A stretch of DNA of 64,000 nucleotides from Burkholderiales bacterium (GCA_020848435.1 JADLAC010000043.1:64670-128669); one strand, 5' to 3'. Counted from the stretch's first letter, positions 18,585 through 29,131 are shown. Notes: generated by a model not told the origin, from the letters alone. Made by a program: numbers and translations.

Positions 18585-19400
18585 TCAGATCGGCATCAGG
18601 CGTTGCATGTCCTCGAGCACTTCCAGCGCGCGCAAGCCCCGCTCGCCGCGGAAGAAGTTGCGCACGAATGCATGCTCCAGCATGGTGACCTCCCGTATCG
18701 GCCCGACCGCGAGCAATCGGTGCTCGCACAACACCGCGACTCGATCCGCCAGCGCGACCAGCGTATCGAGATCGTGCGTCACCATCACCACGCTGAGGTG
18801 CAGCTCCTCGCGCAGCTCCTGGATGAGCTTGACGAAGCTCTCGGAGCGGTCGGGGTCGAGGCCCGCGGTGGGCTCGTCGAGAAACAACAGCTCCGGGTCG
18901 AGCGCGAGCGCCCTGGCGAGACCGATGCGCTTGATCATACCACCCGACAATTGGGAGGGCATTTTTCGCGCGTGCTGCGCTTCGATGCCCACCATTTGCA
19001 GCTTCGAGAGCACCAGGTCGTGGATCAGCGCTTCGTCGAGCGCGCGCAGCTCGCGCAGCGGCAGCGCGATGTTGTCGTACACGCTCAAGGCCGAAAACAG
19101 CGCACCATTCTGAAACAGCACGCCCCAGCGGCTGCGCACCGCTTCCAACTCAGCGCGCGCGCAGCCGTGCAGGTCGACGCCGAACACCTTGACGCTGCCC
19201 CGGTGCGGCCGCTCCAGCGCCAGCATCTGCCGCAACAACGTGGTCTTGCCGCTGCCCGAGCCGCCCACGAGCCCCATGACCTCGCCCCGGCGCACGTCGA
19301 GGTCGATGCCGGCGTGCACGATGGTCTGGCCGAAACACGTCCATAGTCCGGTGATTTCGACCACGGGGTCGGTCCCGCCCGGATTGGTGTCGGCAGCCAT
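18585..19400 (-). CDS. ABC transporter ATP-binding protein (MlaF-like)
   Basis: Walker A GGSGSGKTT, signature LSGGMIKR, Walker B LLFLDEPTAGLD. Confidence 0.9.
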   Translation of the reverse strand: MAADTNPGGTDPVVEITGLWTCFGQTIVHAGIDLDVRRGEVMGLVGGSGSGKTTLLRQMLALERPHRGSVKVFGVDLHGCARAELEAVRSRWGVLFQNGALFSALSVYDNIALPLRELRALDEALIHDLVLSKLQMVGIEAQHARKMPSQLSGGMIKRIGLARALALDPELLFLDEPTAGLDPDRSESFVKLIQELREELHLSVVMVTHDLDTLVALADRVAVLCEHRLLAVGPIREVTMLEHAFVRNFFRGERGLRALEVLEDMQRLMPI

Positions 19401-19409
19401 GGCAGCCCC

Positions 19410-20546
19410 TCAGAAGCCCAGCCCGACGTCGCGGAACAGCACGGCGAACACCGCATCCACCAGGATGACCATGGTGATGGCGGTGACTACCGAGCTGGTC
19501 GTACCCGCGCCGAGGCTCTCGGTGTTGGGGCGGATGCGCAAGCCGTAATGGCAGGCGAGCAGCGCGATCAACACGCCGAACACCACGCCCTTGCCGATGC
19601 CCAGGTAGAGATTGGCTATGGGCACGACCGCGGGCAGCGTGTCGATGAAAAAGAGCATGCTCAAGCCGAGCTCGGCCTGCGCGGCCACCATGCCGCCCAG
19701 GAGCGCGACGGCGTCGGTCCACAAGATGAGCAGCGGCAAGCCGATGGCGAGCGCGACCACCTTGGGCATCACCAGCCGATACATCTGCGGAATGCCCATG
19801 ACCGACATGGCGTCTAGCTCCTGGGTCACGCGCATGACGCCGAGCTGCGCGGTCATCGACGAACCGCTGCGTCCGGCGACCAGGATGGCGGCGAGCACGG
19901 GGCCGAGCTCGCGGATGATGCTCACACCCAGGATGTTGACGATGAACAGATCGGCGCCGAAGAGCTTGAGCTGGTTCGACGACAGGAAGCTCAGCACCAC
20001 GCCGATGAGAAAGCCGACCAGCGCGGTGATCGCGAGCGCCTGGGCCCCGGTCCGGTACAGGTTGGCGGAGATCTCGCGCCACGGTGCCTTCCAAGGCCGC
20101 GCCAGCGCGCGCGCGATATCCATGGCGACCAAGCCGACCAGCACGACGAAGCCGTGCAGATGGCCCAGTACATGCAGCACCCAGACGCCGGGTACCAGCC
20201 ATGGAGGCAGGCGCTTGCGCGCGCTCGGCAGCGGGCTCGCGCGGGCAGCCTCGATGCGCCGGAACAACGGCTCGTGCTCGGGCCTGGTCAGGACCTCGGG
20301 GCTACCGGCTTGAAGCCATGCCCGGCGCAGGAGCGCGGCGCCGGCATGATCGATTGCCTCGATCCCCTGCAAATCCCAGCGCGCCTCGCCGCCGCGCGCG
20401 ATGCGCCCGAGGCGCTCGTCGATATGTTGCAGCTCGGGTGCGAGCCGTTGCAGCTTCCAGCAGCCTTCGACCTGAACGAGCCGCCGCCCGCGCTGGTCGG
20501 TCGACTCGCTCAAGCTCGGCGCGGCGGCGGGCACGGCGCCGCTCAC
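19410..20546 (-). CDS. MlaE-family ABC permease with an approximately 120-aa N-terminal STAS-like extension
   Basis: The C-terminal 260 aa form a typical MlaE permease (multi-TM, ...GAGTTSSVV...). The N-terminal soluble part (LVQVEGCWKL...WDLQGIEAIDHAGAALLRRAW) resembles a STAS/MlaB-like domain. Confidence 0.75.
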   Translation of the reverse strand: MSGAVPAAAPSLSESTDQRGRRLVQVEGCWKLQRLAPELQHIDERLGRIARGGEARWDLQGIEAIDHAGAALLRRAWLQAGSPEVLTRPEHEPLFRRIEAARASPLPSARKRLPPWLVPGVWVLHVLGHLHGFVVLVGLVAMDIARALARPWKAPWREISANLYRTGAQALAITALVGFLIGVVLSFLSSNQLKLFGADLFIVNILGVSIIRELGPVLAAILVAGRSGSSMTAQLGVMRVTQELDAMSVMGIPQMYRLVMPKVVALAIGLPLLILWTDAVALLGGMVAAQAELGLSMLFFIDTLPAVVPIANLYLGIGKGVVFGVLIALLACHYGLRIRPNTESLGAGTTSSVVTAITMVILVDAVFAVLFRDVGLGF

Positions 20547-20701
20547 GCGCCCCCCTGTGCGCGCAGGGCAAGATGCAGCGACCCGGATTCAGAGCGAGGA
20601 CCGCGACCGTGCTCGCCGCGCGAGCTGAGATCAAACGCCAACATCCGATTGCCGCGCACGCCCATTCGTTGGTGATTGCTTTCGGCGCCGCCGCCACGGC
20701 A

Positions 20702-21130
20702 TCAGCCGTGAATATAGTTCTCCAGTTGGCGGATGATGAACTCCTGCTCGGAGATCGTCTCCTTGACCAGGTCGCCGATCGACAACACGCCGACCAGGCG
20801 CTCGCCGTCGAGCACCGGCAAATGGCGTATCCGCTTGCTGGTCATCAAGGCCATGCATTCGGGCACCGTCTGCTCCGGGCGCGCATAGATCACGCGCTCG
20901 GTCATGATCTCGCGCACGGCGGTGTCCTGCGAGGCGCGGCCTTTCAGGATGACCTTACGCGCATAGTCGCGCTCGGACATGATGCCGACCAGGCGACCCG
21001 CGTCGACCACCAGTAGCGCGCCGATCGCGCGCTCGGCCATCACCTTCAGCGCATCGAACACGTTGCTCTGGGACGTGACCGAAACCACGTCGTGACCCTT
21101 GGTCTCGAGTAACTGACGGACCGTTTTCAT
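20702..21130 (-). CDS. CBS domain pair protein
   Basis: 142 aa with two CBS repeats (...AIGALLVVDAGRLVGIMSERD..., ...RIRHLPVLDGERLVGVLSIGD...). RBS AAGGAGGG lies upstream. Confidence 0.85.
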   Translation of the reverse strand: MKTVRQLLETKGHDVVSVTSQSNVFDALKVMAERAIGALLVVDAGRLVGIMSERDYARKVILKGRASQDTAVREIMTERVIYARPEQTVPECMALMTSKRIRHLPVLDGERLVGVLSIGDLVKETISEQEFIIRQLENYIHG

Positions 21131-21321
21131 AGGCCCTCCTTGCGTGTCGTTGGAGCAACCACGGTTGCGCGCGGTCGAGTCATCTTAGCCAAATAACGCG
21201 CCGGGATAAAGCGCTCGGCCGCGCTGGGGCACCGTGCTCGCGGGCGTGCCGTCGAGAGCACGTTATCGCCTCGGCTTCCCCAATCACCGATTGGAAAAAA
21301 ACCTGTCCCCAATTCCCCGGA

Positions 21322-23673
21322 CTACGCGGGCAACGCCTGGGCGGGAGGTACGCCGCGATCGAGCAGATCGAGCGCCTGCTCCGGGGTCAGCGGCCGGCTG
21401 AAAAGAAATCCCTGCATCGCGTCGCAGCCCTGGATGCGCAGGAAGCGCGCTTGCTCCTCGGTCTCCACACCCTCCGCGACCGCCTTGAGCGAAAAACTGT
21501 GTGCCATGGCCACCACCGCGCGCGCCACGGCGACCGCCTCGCCCGATTGCGGCAAGGTGCCGACGAATGTCCGATCGAGCTTTACGACATCGACCGGAAA
21601 GCGCCGCAGGTTGTCGAGCGAGGCGACGCCGGCGCCGTAGTCGTCCAGCGCGACGCGCACGCCGAGCTCCTTCAACGTCCGCAGGACGCGCAGCGCCCGC
21701 TCGGCGTTCTGCAGCAGCATCGGCTCGGTGACTTCGAACTGGAGCGATCCCGGGGCGAGCCGCGTCGCGCGCAGCACGTCGTCGACGCAGCCGACCAGGT
21801 TGCCGTGCGCGAAGTGCCGCGCCGAGACGTTGACCGCGATCGCGAGCGGCGCGCCGCCGCGATCCTGCCACATCCGCGCCTGGGCGCACGCGGTGCGCAA
21901 CACCCATTCGCCGATATGCACCGCCAGGCCCGTGTCTTCGGCAAAGGACATGAATTCCGCCGGCAGCACCAGCTCCGTGCCCGAACGCCGCCAGCGCAAC
22001 AATGCTTCCATGCCGAGGACGTCGCGGCCCTCCATGTCGAATATCGGCTGGTAGAGCAGCACCAGCTCGCCGCGCTCCAATGCGAGCCGCAACGCCGCCT
22101 CGAGATCCAGGCGCTCGAGCGAGAGCCGGTTCATATGCGGCGAATAGAACTGGTACTGGTTCTTGCCGGCTTCCTTGGCGCGGTACATCGCGATGTCGGC
22201 GTGCTTGAGCAGGGCGGCGCCGTCCTGGCCGTCGTTGGGATAGGTCGCGATGCCGATGCTCGCCGAAATGTGGAATTCGTGGTTGTCGAACAGGTACGGC
22301 AAGCCCACCTGGTCGATGATCTTCTGCGCCACGCCCGCGACCTGGACGGCGGATTCGTATTGCTCGATCAGCACCACGAACTCGTCGCCGCCGTGGCGCC
22401 CGACGGTGTCGCCTTCGCGCAGGCTCTCGCGCAGCCGATCGGCCACTTCGCGCAGCAGCCGATCGCCGGCCTCGTGCCCCATGGTGTCGTTGACGATCTT
22501 GAAACGATCCAAGTCGACGAACAGCAGCGCGACCTTGTGATCGTAGCGTGCCGCCTGGGCGAGCGCCTGGCTCAGGCGCTGGCTGAAAATCGTGCGGTTC
22601 GGCAATCCCGTGAGCGGATCGTGGCTGACGACGAATTGCAGCCGGCGCTCGGTCTCGCGGCGCGCGATGTGCTGGCCGAGCAGTCCGCCGAGCTGGGCCG
22701 CGATGCGCAGCAGATCCGGATCGACGGCATGATCGGCGCGGGCGAACAGCTCGATGGCACCGAAGATCTCGCCGTCCACCCGGATCGGAAACGAGAACGC
22801 CGAGCGCAACGCCGGCTCGCGCAGGATGGCGGCGAGCGGCGAATCGCTCTGCGCCAGATCGGCCGCGTACATCGGCATGCCCTTGGCGAGCACCTTGCGG
22901 GCCAGGGTGGCGTTCTCCTGCGGCCCGACCGCGGTGGCACACAGCGCGGCAACGCATCGCTCGAGCTCGCGATCGTTCGGCAGGTGCCAGGTTTCCTGGC
23001 AGCGCAGGCTGCCGTCGGCGGGATCGAGCACCCAATGCACACCGCATATCCAATCGGACAAGCCGCAGAACGCCTGGATGACGCGGATCACCGCTTCGGC
23101 GGCGGTCTCGGACTCCGACAGCGAGCGCATCACCACGCTCTGCAGAATCATGTGACGTTCCGCACGCTTGCGCGCGCTGTTGTCGGTGTAGAGGCTGAGC
23201 GCGCCGAAAACTCGACCGTCGCGCCCGATGAGCGGAAGCGCGAGCACCGCGGCGGTCAGCCGGCTGCGATCCTGGCGCACGCATTCGAGCTCGGCGTGCT
23301 CGATGCGCTCGCCGTCGAGCACGCGCTGAAGGCGCCGCTCCGCGGTGATGCGATCGGCATCCGGCCCGAAAGGCAGCGCATGACCGACGACCTCCGCGGC
23401 CTGCCAGCCGAACAGGCGCTCGGCTTGCGGGTTCCAGCTACGGATGCGTCCCTGCGGATCTTCGACCACGACCGCGACCGGCACGGCTTCGAGCAGGCTT
23501 TTCAGCCATTGGTTATCGTCGACTGCCGGCAGCAGCGACTCGTCCACAGCCGGCGATGAAGTAGATTCGTGACCCAAGTTGCACTCGTCATTGCGTCCGC
23601 GAACCTCCGCGGGCGGGCTCGCCATCGAACGCAAGGGCCGTGCCGATGCTTCCTCGGGACGGCGTATTCTCAC
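21322..23673 (-). CDS. PAS-GAF-GGDEF-EAL signalling protein (c-di-GMP turnover)
   Basis: N-terminal PAS. A GAF-like middle region. An intact GGDEF motif (RHGGDEF) with an RxxD I-site (REGD) 5 aa upstream. An EAL domain (MEALLRW, DDYGAG, KLD). The start is uncertain: GTG 23673 or ATG 23625. Confidence 0.85.
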   Translation of the reverse strand: MRIRRPEEASARPLRSMASPPAEVRGRNDECNLGHESTSSPAVDESLLPAVDDNQWLKSLLEAVPVAVVVEDPQGRIRSWNPQAERLFGWQAAEVVGHALPFGPDADRITAERRLQRVLDGERIEHAELECVRQDRSRLTAAVLALPLIGRDGRVFGALSLYTDNSARKRAERHMILQSVVMRSLSESETAAEAVIRVIQAFCGLSDWICGVHWVLDPADGSLRCQETWHLPNDRELERCVAALCATAVGPQENATLARKVLAKGMPMYAADLAQSDSPLAAILREPALRSAFSFPIRVDGEIFGAIELFARADHAVDPDLLRIAAQLGGLLGQHIARRETERRLQFVVSHDPLTGLPNRTIFSQRLSQALAQAARYDHKVALLFVDLDRFKIVNDTMGHEAGDRLLREVADRLRESLREGDTVGRHGGDEFVVLIEQYESAVQVAGVAQKIIDQVGLPYLFDNHEFHISASIGIATYPNDGQDGAALLKHADIAMYRAKEAGKNQYQFYSPHMNRLSLERLDLEAALRLALERGELVLLYQPIFDMEGRDVLGMEALLRWRRSGTELVLPAEFMSFAEDTGLAVHIGEWVLRTACAQARMWQDRGGAPLAIAVNVSARHFAHGNLVGCVDDVLRATRLAPGSLQFEVTEPMLLQNAERALRVLRTLKELGVRVALDDYGAGVASLDNLRRFPVDVVKLDRTFVGTLPQSGEAVAVARAVVAMAHSFSLKAVAEGVETEEQARFLRIQGCDAMQGFLFSRPLTPEQALDLLDRGVPPAQALPA

Positions 23674-23716
23674 GGCTGCGCTTTCCGCGCCACCCGCGCC
23701 GGGTTGCGCGCACGCA

Positions 23717-24547
23717 CTAGCTGCATTGCCAACGCGCGCGTCGCGCCCCCGCGTCGGCCCACTCGGCTACCTGGCGCCTGACCTCGCCCAAGGTCGCAAA
23801 CGCCATCGGCGCGGATGCACCGAGACCGACGATGTTGATCGCTCCGCGCGGCTTCACCACCGGCCGGATCTGGTAGACGCGCCATCCCCGCAATGGCGTC
23901 GAATCGGGCAACGAAGCCGCCGGTCCCGCCTGCCAAATGCCGGCGATGCTGGTTTCATGCGCCGGCGCGCCGGAGCGCGCACCGCTGGCGGACACGAATT
24001 CGAGCTCGAGCTTGACTTGACCCGATGCGCCCGGACCGACGCTGCCCTTGAGCGTCCAGGGCGCGAAGAACTCGCCCTCGGCCCCGATGCCGGCCACCTT
24101 GATGCCCGCGGCGCGCTCGGATAGATCGATTCGCACATCGCCCTTGAGGCGCGCCGGGCCGCCCGGCACGCCGCGCTCGAGCAAACGCAGCACCAGTTGC
24201 AGCACGAGCAAAGGGCCGTTGATGCTAGCGAGCTCGCGCCCGGGCTCGAGGACGAGATTGCGCGCGACCAGCGCGCCGCTGCCCACCAGTATGAGGCTGC
24301 CCGCTTCGGTGCGGCCCGCGCGGCTTTCCTCCTTCTCCAGCAGGATGTCGCCGTTGGCCGCGCGCTGGAACAGCCACTGCGCGGACAAGCCGATGCGCGG
24401 CTGGGTCACGCCGAGGAGCACGCGATTGCCGCGCGCCCATTCGGAAGCCGGCGGCTCGACCTTGTCCTGCGCGGCTCGGGCGCCGGCAGGCAATACGCTG
24501 AGCGCGAGCGCGCACAGCATCCACCCGGCCCGTCGAGCGCCCATCAT
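23717..24547 (-). CDS. Secreted hypothetical protein (no family recognised)
   Basis: Start chosen at MMGARRAGWMLCALALSVLPAGARAAQD, a clear signal peptide. About 276 aa with high GC3. I recognise no motif. Confidence 0.5.
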   Translation of the reverse strand: MMGARRAGWMLCALALSVLPAGARAAQDKVEPPASEWARGNRVLLGVTQPRIGLSAQWLFQRAANGDILLEKEESRAGRTEAGSLILVGSGALVARNLVLEPGRELASINGPLLVLQLVLRLLERGVPGGPARLKGDVRIDLSERAAGIKVAGIGAEGEFFAPWTLKGSVGPGASGQVKLELEFVSASGARSGAPAHETSIAGIWQAGPAASLPDSTPLRGWRVYQIRPVVKPRGAINIVGLGASAPMAFATLGEVRRQVAEWADAGARRARWQCS

Positions 24548-24924
24548 GATCGACCCACGTCCCCCCGCGCGATGCCGCTGGAAGCGGCGCTCGTTGCGGC
24601 CTGTCGCTACCTCGCAACCCCGGGCGCCGGTTCGGTGCTCGACTCGCGTCGAAATTGTCTCGGCGCCCCACCCACATCGGGAGCGCGACTCGCTGAAGCT
24701 GCAAGTGTACTCAGTCTGTCGCGCCGAGTCGAAGGCCAGCCCGGATATTTCGCCACGCCGTCCGATGCCATGATCGCTCTCCACAGCGCTGACCGGAAGG
24801 GCACGGATCATTCAACGCGTTGCTGTTACCGCGGGCCGGCCTGATGAAATATCCGGCTCGGCGTCGGCCGGATGCGCCGAGCCGGCGTAACGCGGCCGCC
24901 GCCATGTTTGCTATAGTCGACCTC

Positions 24925-25908
24925 ATGTCCTCCAGGCCGCGCCGCTTGCTCATCGCCAGCTTGGCCCTCGTGGCGCCGGTCTGGGCGGCGCCGGTCTGCG
25001 GCCAATCGTACCCGTCCCGGCCGGTGCGCATCGTGGTCGGATTCGCGCCGGGCGGCGCACCGGACCTGGTCGCACGCCAAGTCAGCGAGCCCCTGAGCCA
25101 GCGCATGGGCCAGGTCTTCGTGGTCGACAATCGGCCCGGCGCCAACGGGGTGATCGGCGCCGATATCGTCGCCAAGTCCACCCCCGACGGCTACACCATC
25201 CTGGTCACTTCGGCCTCCTTCGCCGCGAACCCGAGCATCTATCGCAAGCTGCCCTACGATCCAGTGCGTGATTTCGCGGCCATCACCAACATCGCCGTGG
25301 GCGGTGGGCTCATCCTGTGCGTCACCCCGAGCCTGGCGGCAAAGAGCGTGCAAGAGCTAATCGCATTGGCGCGCAAGCCCGGCGCTCAGCTCAGTTTCGG
25401 TTCCGCGGGCACCGGCAACACCACGCACCTGGCGGGCGCGCTCTTCAACGCGCGCGCGGGCACCGACATGGTTCACGTGGCGTACAAGAGCGCCGGTCCG
25501 GCGGTGGCTGCACTGATGGGCGGACAGGTGCAGGTGCTGTTCACGACCCCGAGCTCGAGCATGACCCATATCAAGGCGGGCCGCATTCGCGCCTTGGCCT
25601 ACAACCACGGCAAGCGCCTGGACGCGTTGCCCGATGTACCAACGATGGAAGAGGCGGGGCTGAAAGGCACGCGCATGGACGCGAGCTGGTACGGGGTCTT
25701 CGCACCGGCTCGCACCCCTGCCGCGATCGTCGATCGGCTGCAGCGCGAGATTCGTGACGCCGTCCACCAGCCGGCGATGCGCGAGCGTTTCGCGCCGCAA
25801 GCGCTCGAGCCCGACGGCCGGCCCGCGGCCGAGTTCAAAGCGTTGGTGGAGGAATCGATCGCTCGCTTTCGCGAGCTCGTCAAGCTCGCCGCCATCGAGC
25901 CGCAATAG
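24925..25908 (+). CDS. Bug-family (TctC-like) substrate-binding protein
   Basis: Start at MSSRPRRLLIASLALVAPVWAAP, then YPSRPVRIVVGFAPGGAPDLVAR, typical of the Bug family. Confidence 0.85.
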   Translation: MSSRPRRLLIASLALVAPVWAAPVCGQSYPSRPVRIVVGFAPGGAPDLVARQVSEPLSQRMGQVFVVDNRPGANGVIGADIVAKSTPDGYTILVTSASFAANPSIYRKLPYDPVRDFAAITNIAVGGGLILCVTPSLAAKSVQELIALARKPGAQLSFGSAGTGNTTHLAGALFNARAGTDMVHVAYKSAGPAVAALMGGQVQVLFTTPSSSMTHIKAGRIRALAYNHGKRLDALPDVPTMEEAGLKGTRMDASWYGVFAPARTPAAIVDRLQREIRDAVHQPAMRERFAPQALEPDGRPAAEFKALVEESIARFRELVKLAAIEPQ

Positions 25909-25966
25909 CGCTTCCACCCTGCGTCGCGCGCGCATGCCGGTGAATCGCGCTGTCACGTACGCGATT

Positions 25967-25980
25967 TTGACGGAGATCAA
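25967..25980 (+). promoter_or_regulatory. FNR/Anr/Dnr-type box TTGAC-GGAG-ATCAA upstream of napF
   Basis: It matches the TTGAT-N4-ATCAA consensus at 9 of 10 positions. The centre is 44.5 nt upstream of the napF ATG. A TACTTT -10-like hexamer sits at 26003-26008. Confidence 0.55.
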
Positions 25981-26017
25981 TCGATACCCCTGATGCCGGT
26001 GCTACTTTCATGCTCGT

Positions 26018-26365
26018 ATGAGCACGAAAGCAGTCTCGGTCGAAAGCGCCGGCCGGCGCAGGTTTCTGCAACTCGGCACGGGCTCTGCCCGCCCGGGCGG
26101 ATGGAGTGAAACCCCCGTGTCGTCGGCACGGGGGACCATCGCACGCATCGAAGCCCATTGCCTCGCGCTCAATCGCATCGAATGCCGCGTCTGCGGCGAG
26201 CGGTGCGATGCGAGCGCCATCGTCATCGCGCCCTCACCCGCACCCGGCGCCTTCGCCAGCCCCCGTATCGATGCCTCGCGCTGCCGCGGCTGCGGCGAAT
26301 GCGCGCGCGCGTGTCCGCTGAGCGCGATCGGCATGGTGCCCGCGAACCTAGAGGTCCAAGCCTGA
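26018..26365 (+). CDS. napF: Ferredoxin-type protein NapF (short form)
   Basis: N-terminal RRRFLQLG twin-arginine-like motif. Cys clusters CRVCGERC and [12 protein letters not shown]. It is the first gene of the nap operon. Confidence 0.7.
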   Translation: MSTKAVSVESAGRRRFLQLGTGSARPGGWSETPVSSARGTIARIEAHCLALNRIECRVCGERCDASAIVIAPSPAPGAFASPRIDASRCRGCGECARACPLSAIGMVPANLEVQA

Positions 26366-26626
26366 ATGAACGTCTCCGGCGTCGTCGTTCGCACCCGCCC
26401 CGAGCAGGGCGCGGCCTTGGAGAACGCCCTCAACGCGCTGCCCGGAGTGCACGTCCACGCCCGCAGCGCGGAGGGCCGCCTCGCCGTCACCATCGAGGAC
26501 CATGCGAGCGCGAGCGCCGCCGATACCTATGTGCGGCTGCACGCGCTGCCCGGCGTGTATGCCGTCGACCTGGTCTATCAGTATTCGGACGAAAACGAAA
26601 CCATCTACGAGGAGTTGCCGTCATGA
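26366..26626 (+). CDS. napD: NapD chaperone
   Basis: 86 aa. The sequence ([11 protein letters not shown]...LPGVHVHA...GRLAVTIE) is typical of NapD. The gene directly abuts napF and overlaps napA by 4 nt. Confidence 0.8.
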   Translation: MNVSGVVVRTRPEQGAALENALNALPGVHVHARSAEGRLAVTIEDHASASAADTYVRLHALPGVYAVDLVYQYSDENETIYEELPS

Positions 26627-29112
26627 AACTGTCCCGGCGCGAATTCATCAAGAGCAACGCGGCCGCGGCCGCGGCCTCGGCCATCGGCGTCGCGCTGCCG
26701 TGCGCGAGTGCCGAGGCGCAGCCGAAAGACGATATCGCATGGGACAAGGCACCGTGCCGCTTCTGCGGTACCGGCTGCAGCGTGCTCGTCGGCACCAAGG
26801 CCGGGCGCGTGGTCGCGACCCAGGGCGATCCGGACGCGCCCGTGAACCGGGGCTTGAATTGCATCAAGGGCTATTTCCTGTCCAAGATCATGTACGGTTC
26901 CGACCGCCTGCAGACCCCGCTGCTGCGGATGAAGAACGGCAAGTACGACAAGAGCGGCGAGTTCGCCCCGATCGGCTGGAACCAGGCGTTCGACCTCATG
27001 GCTGAAAAATGGAAGGAGGCGATGAAGGCCGGCGGACCCGATGCCGTCGGCATGTTCGGCTCCGGTCAGTGGACCATCTGGGAAGGCTACGCGGCAGCCA
27101 AGCTCTTCAAGGCGGGTTTTCGCACCAACAACATCGACCCCAATGCGCGCCATTGCATGGCGAGCGCGGTTGCGGGCTTCATGCGCACCTTCGGCATCGA
27201 CGAACCGATGGGCTGCTACGACGACCTCGAGCACGCCGATGCCTTCGTGCTGTGGGGCTCGAACATGGCCGAGATGCACCCCGTGCTGTGGTCGCGCCTC
27301 ACCGACCGGCGCCTGACCGCCAAGCACGTCAAGGTGGCCGTGCTCTCGACCTTCGAGCACCGCAGCTACGAGCTGGCCGATATGCCCATCATTTTCACGC
27401 CGCAGACCGATCTGGCGATCCTCAACTACATCGCCAACCACATCATCCAGAGCGGCAAGGTCAACCAGGCATTCGTTTCCAAGCACGTCAACTTTCATGC
27501 CGGCGTGACCGACATCGGTTACGGCCTGCGCCCGACGCACGACCTGGAAAAGAACGCGAAGGACGCGGCCAAGGCGAACGATTCCAAGCCGATCAGCTTC
27601 GACGAGTACAAGAAGTTCGTCGCCGACTACAGCGTCGAGAAAGTCGCCAAGCTCTCCGGCGTGCCGGTCAAGGACTTGCGCGCGCTGGCCGAGATCTACG
27701 CCGATCCGAAGACCAAGGTGGTGTCGTACTGGACCATGGGCTTCAACCAGCACACGCGCGGCACCTGGGTCAACAACCTGGTCTACAACATCCACCTCCT
27801 GACCGGGAAGATCTCCGAGCCGGGCAACGGCCCGTTCTCGCTCACCGGCCAGCCGTCGGCGTGCGGCACCGCGCGCGAGGTCGGCACCTTCGCCCATCGG
27901 CTGCCGGCCGACATGGTCGTGACCAATCCCAAGCATCGCGAAATCACCGAGCAGCGCTGGAAGCTGCCGCCGGGGACCTTGCCCGACAAGATCGGCTTGC
28001 ACGCGGTGGCCCAGTCGCGGGCGCTGAAGGACGGCAAGCTCAAGTGCTATTGGACCTCGACCACCAACAACATGCAGGCGGGTCCGAACATCAACGGCGA
28101 GATCTACCCGGGCTGGCGCAACCCGCAGGCCTTCGTCGTGGTGTCGGACGTGTACCCGACGGTGAGCGCGCTTGCCGCCGATCTCATCCTGCCCTCGGCG
28201 ATGTGGGTGGAAAAGGAAGGCGCCTACGGCAACGCCGAACGACGCACCCAGTTCTGGCGCGAAATGGTCAAGGCGCCCGGCGAGTCGAGGTCCGACCTGT
28301 GGCAGTACCTCGAGTTCTCGAAGCGCTTCAAGATCGAAGAGGTGTGGCCCGCGGAGCTGATCGCGAAAATGCCCGAAGTGAAGAGCAAGACCTTGTTCCA
28401 GGTCTTGTACGCCAACGGCGTCATCGATCAGTTCAAGGCGGCCGACCTGCCCAAGGGCAGCGCCGTTAACGATGAGACCAAGGCGTTCGGCTTTTACGTG
28501 CAGAAGGGAATCTGGGAGGAGTATCGGCCGTTCGGCCTGAACAAGGCGCACGACCTCGGCGAGTTCGACCTCTATCACAAGACGCGCGGGCTGCGCTGGC
28601 CCGTGGTCGAGGGCAAGGAAACGCTGTGGCGCTTCCGCGAAGGTTACGACCCCTATGTGAAGAAGGGCGAAGGCTTCCGCTTCTACGGCAAGCCCGACGG
28701 CAAGGCGGTCGTCTTCGCCCTGCCCTACCAGCCCGCGGCCGAAGCCCCGGACAAGGATTACGACCTGTGGCTGTGCACGGGGCGCGTGCTGGAGCATTGG
28801 CACACGGGCTCGATGACCCGGCGCGTGGCCGAGCTGTACCGCTCTTTCCCGGATGCCGTTGTGTTCATGCATCCCGACGACGCGAAGCAGCGCGGGCTGC
28901 AACGCGGCATGGAATGCAAGCTCGTGTCGCGGCGCGGCGAAATGGTCGCGCGCGTCGAAACCAGCGGGCGCAACAAGGTGCCGCCGGGTCTGGTGTTCGT
29001 GCCCTTCTTCGACGCCGGACGGCTCGTGAACAAGCTCACGCTCGATGCGACCTGCCCGATTTCGCGCGAGACCGATTTCAAGAAGTGCGCGGTGAAGATC
29101 ACCCGGGTCTGA
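26623..29112 (+). CDS. napA: Periplasmic nitrate reductase catalytic subunit NapA
   Basis: Tat signal [18 protein letters not shown]. [4Fe-4S] motif [10 protein letters not shown]. Molybdopterin oxidoreductase domains. 829 aa. Confidence 0.95.
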   Translation: MKLSRREFIKSNAAAAAASAIGVALPCASAEAQPKDDIAWDKAPCRFCGTGCSVLVGTKAGRVVATQGDPDAPVNRGLNCIKGYFLSKIMYGSDRLQTPLLRMKNGKYDKSGEFAPIGWNQAFDLMAEKWKEAMKAGGPDAVGMFGSGQWTIWEGYAAAKLFKAGFRTNNIDPNARHCMASAVAGFMRTFGIDEPMGCYDDLEHADAFVLWGSNMAEMHPVLWSRLTDRRLTAKHVKVAVLSTFEHRSYELADMPIIFTPQTDLAILNYIANHIIQSGKVNQAFVSKHVNFHAGVTDIGYGLRPTHDLEKNAKDAAKANDSKPISFDEYKKFVADYSVEKVAKLSGVPVKDLRALAEIYADPKTKVVSYWTMGFNQHTRGTWVNNLVYNIHLLTGKISEPGNGPFSLTGQPSACGTAREVGTFAHRLPADMVVTNPKHREITEQRWKLPPGTLPDKIGLHAVAQSRALKDGKLKCYWTSTTNNMQAGPNINGEIYPGWRNPQAFVVVSDVYPTVSALAADLILPSAMWVEKEGAYGNAERRTQFWREMVKAPGESRSDLWQYLEFSKRFKIEEVWPAELIAKMPEVKSKTLFQVLYANGVIDQFKAADLPKGSAVNDETKAFGFYVQKGIWEEYRPFGLNKAHDLGEFDLYHKTRGLRWPVVEGKETLWRFREGYDPYVKKGEGFRFYGKPDGKAVVFALPYQPAAEAPDKDYDLWLCTGRVLEHWHTGSMTRRVAELYRSFPDAVVFMHPDDAKQRGLQRGMECKLVSRRGEMVARVETSGRNKVPPGLVFVPFFDAGRLVNKLTLDATCPISRETDFKKCAVKITRV

Positions 29113-29131
29113 TGCGAGGATCGCGGCCGTC

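Noticed and set aside
21280-21301. CCAATCACCGATTGG palindrome followed by A7, considered as a terminator for the GGDEF-EAL or CBS genes
   Set aside because: On the minus strand, the direction of both flanking genes, the T-run precedes rather than follows the hairpin. The stem is only 6 bp and AT-rich. This is not a convincing intrinsic terminator.
21451-23559. 702-aa ORF antisense to the PAS-GAF-GGDEF-EAL gene, plus the 666-aa same-strand alternative-frame ORF 21284-23284
   Set aside because: The frame with intact GGDEF, EAL and PAS motifs (21322-23673) explains the region. The other ORFs are R/A/P/G-rich artefacts.
25985-25991. NarL/NarP heptamer-like TACCCCT just downstream of the FNR box
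   Set aside because: A single 7-mer matching TACYYMT is expected by chance. No inverted 7-2-7 partner is present, and no NarXL/NarQP genes are in the window.
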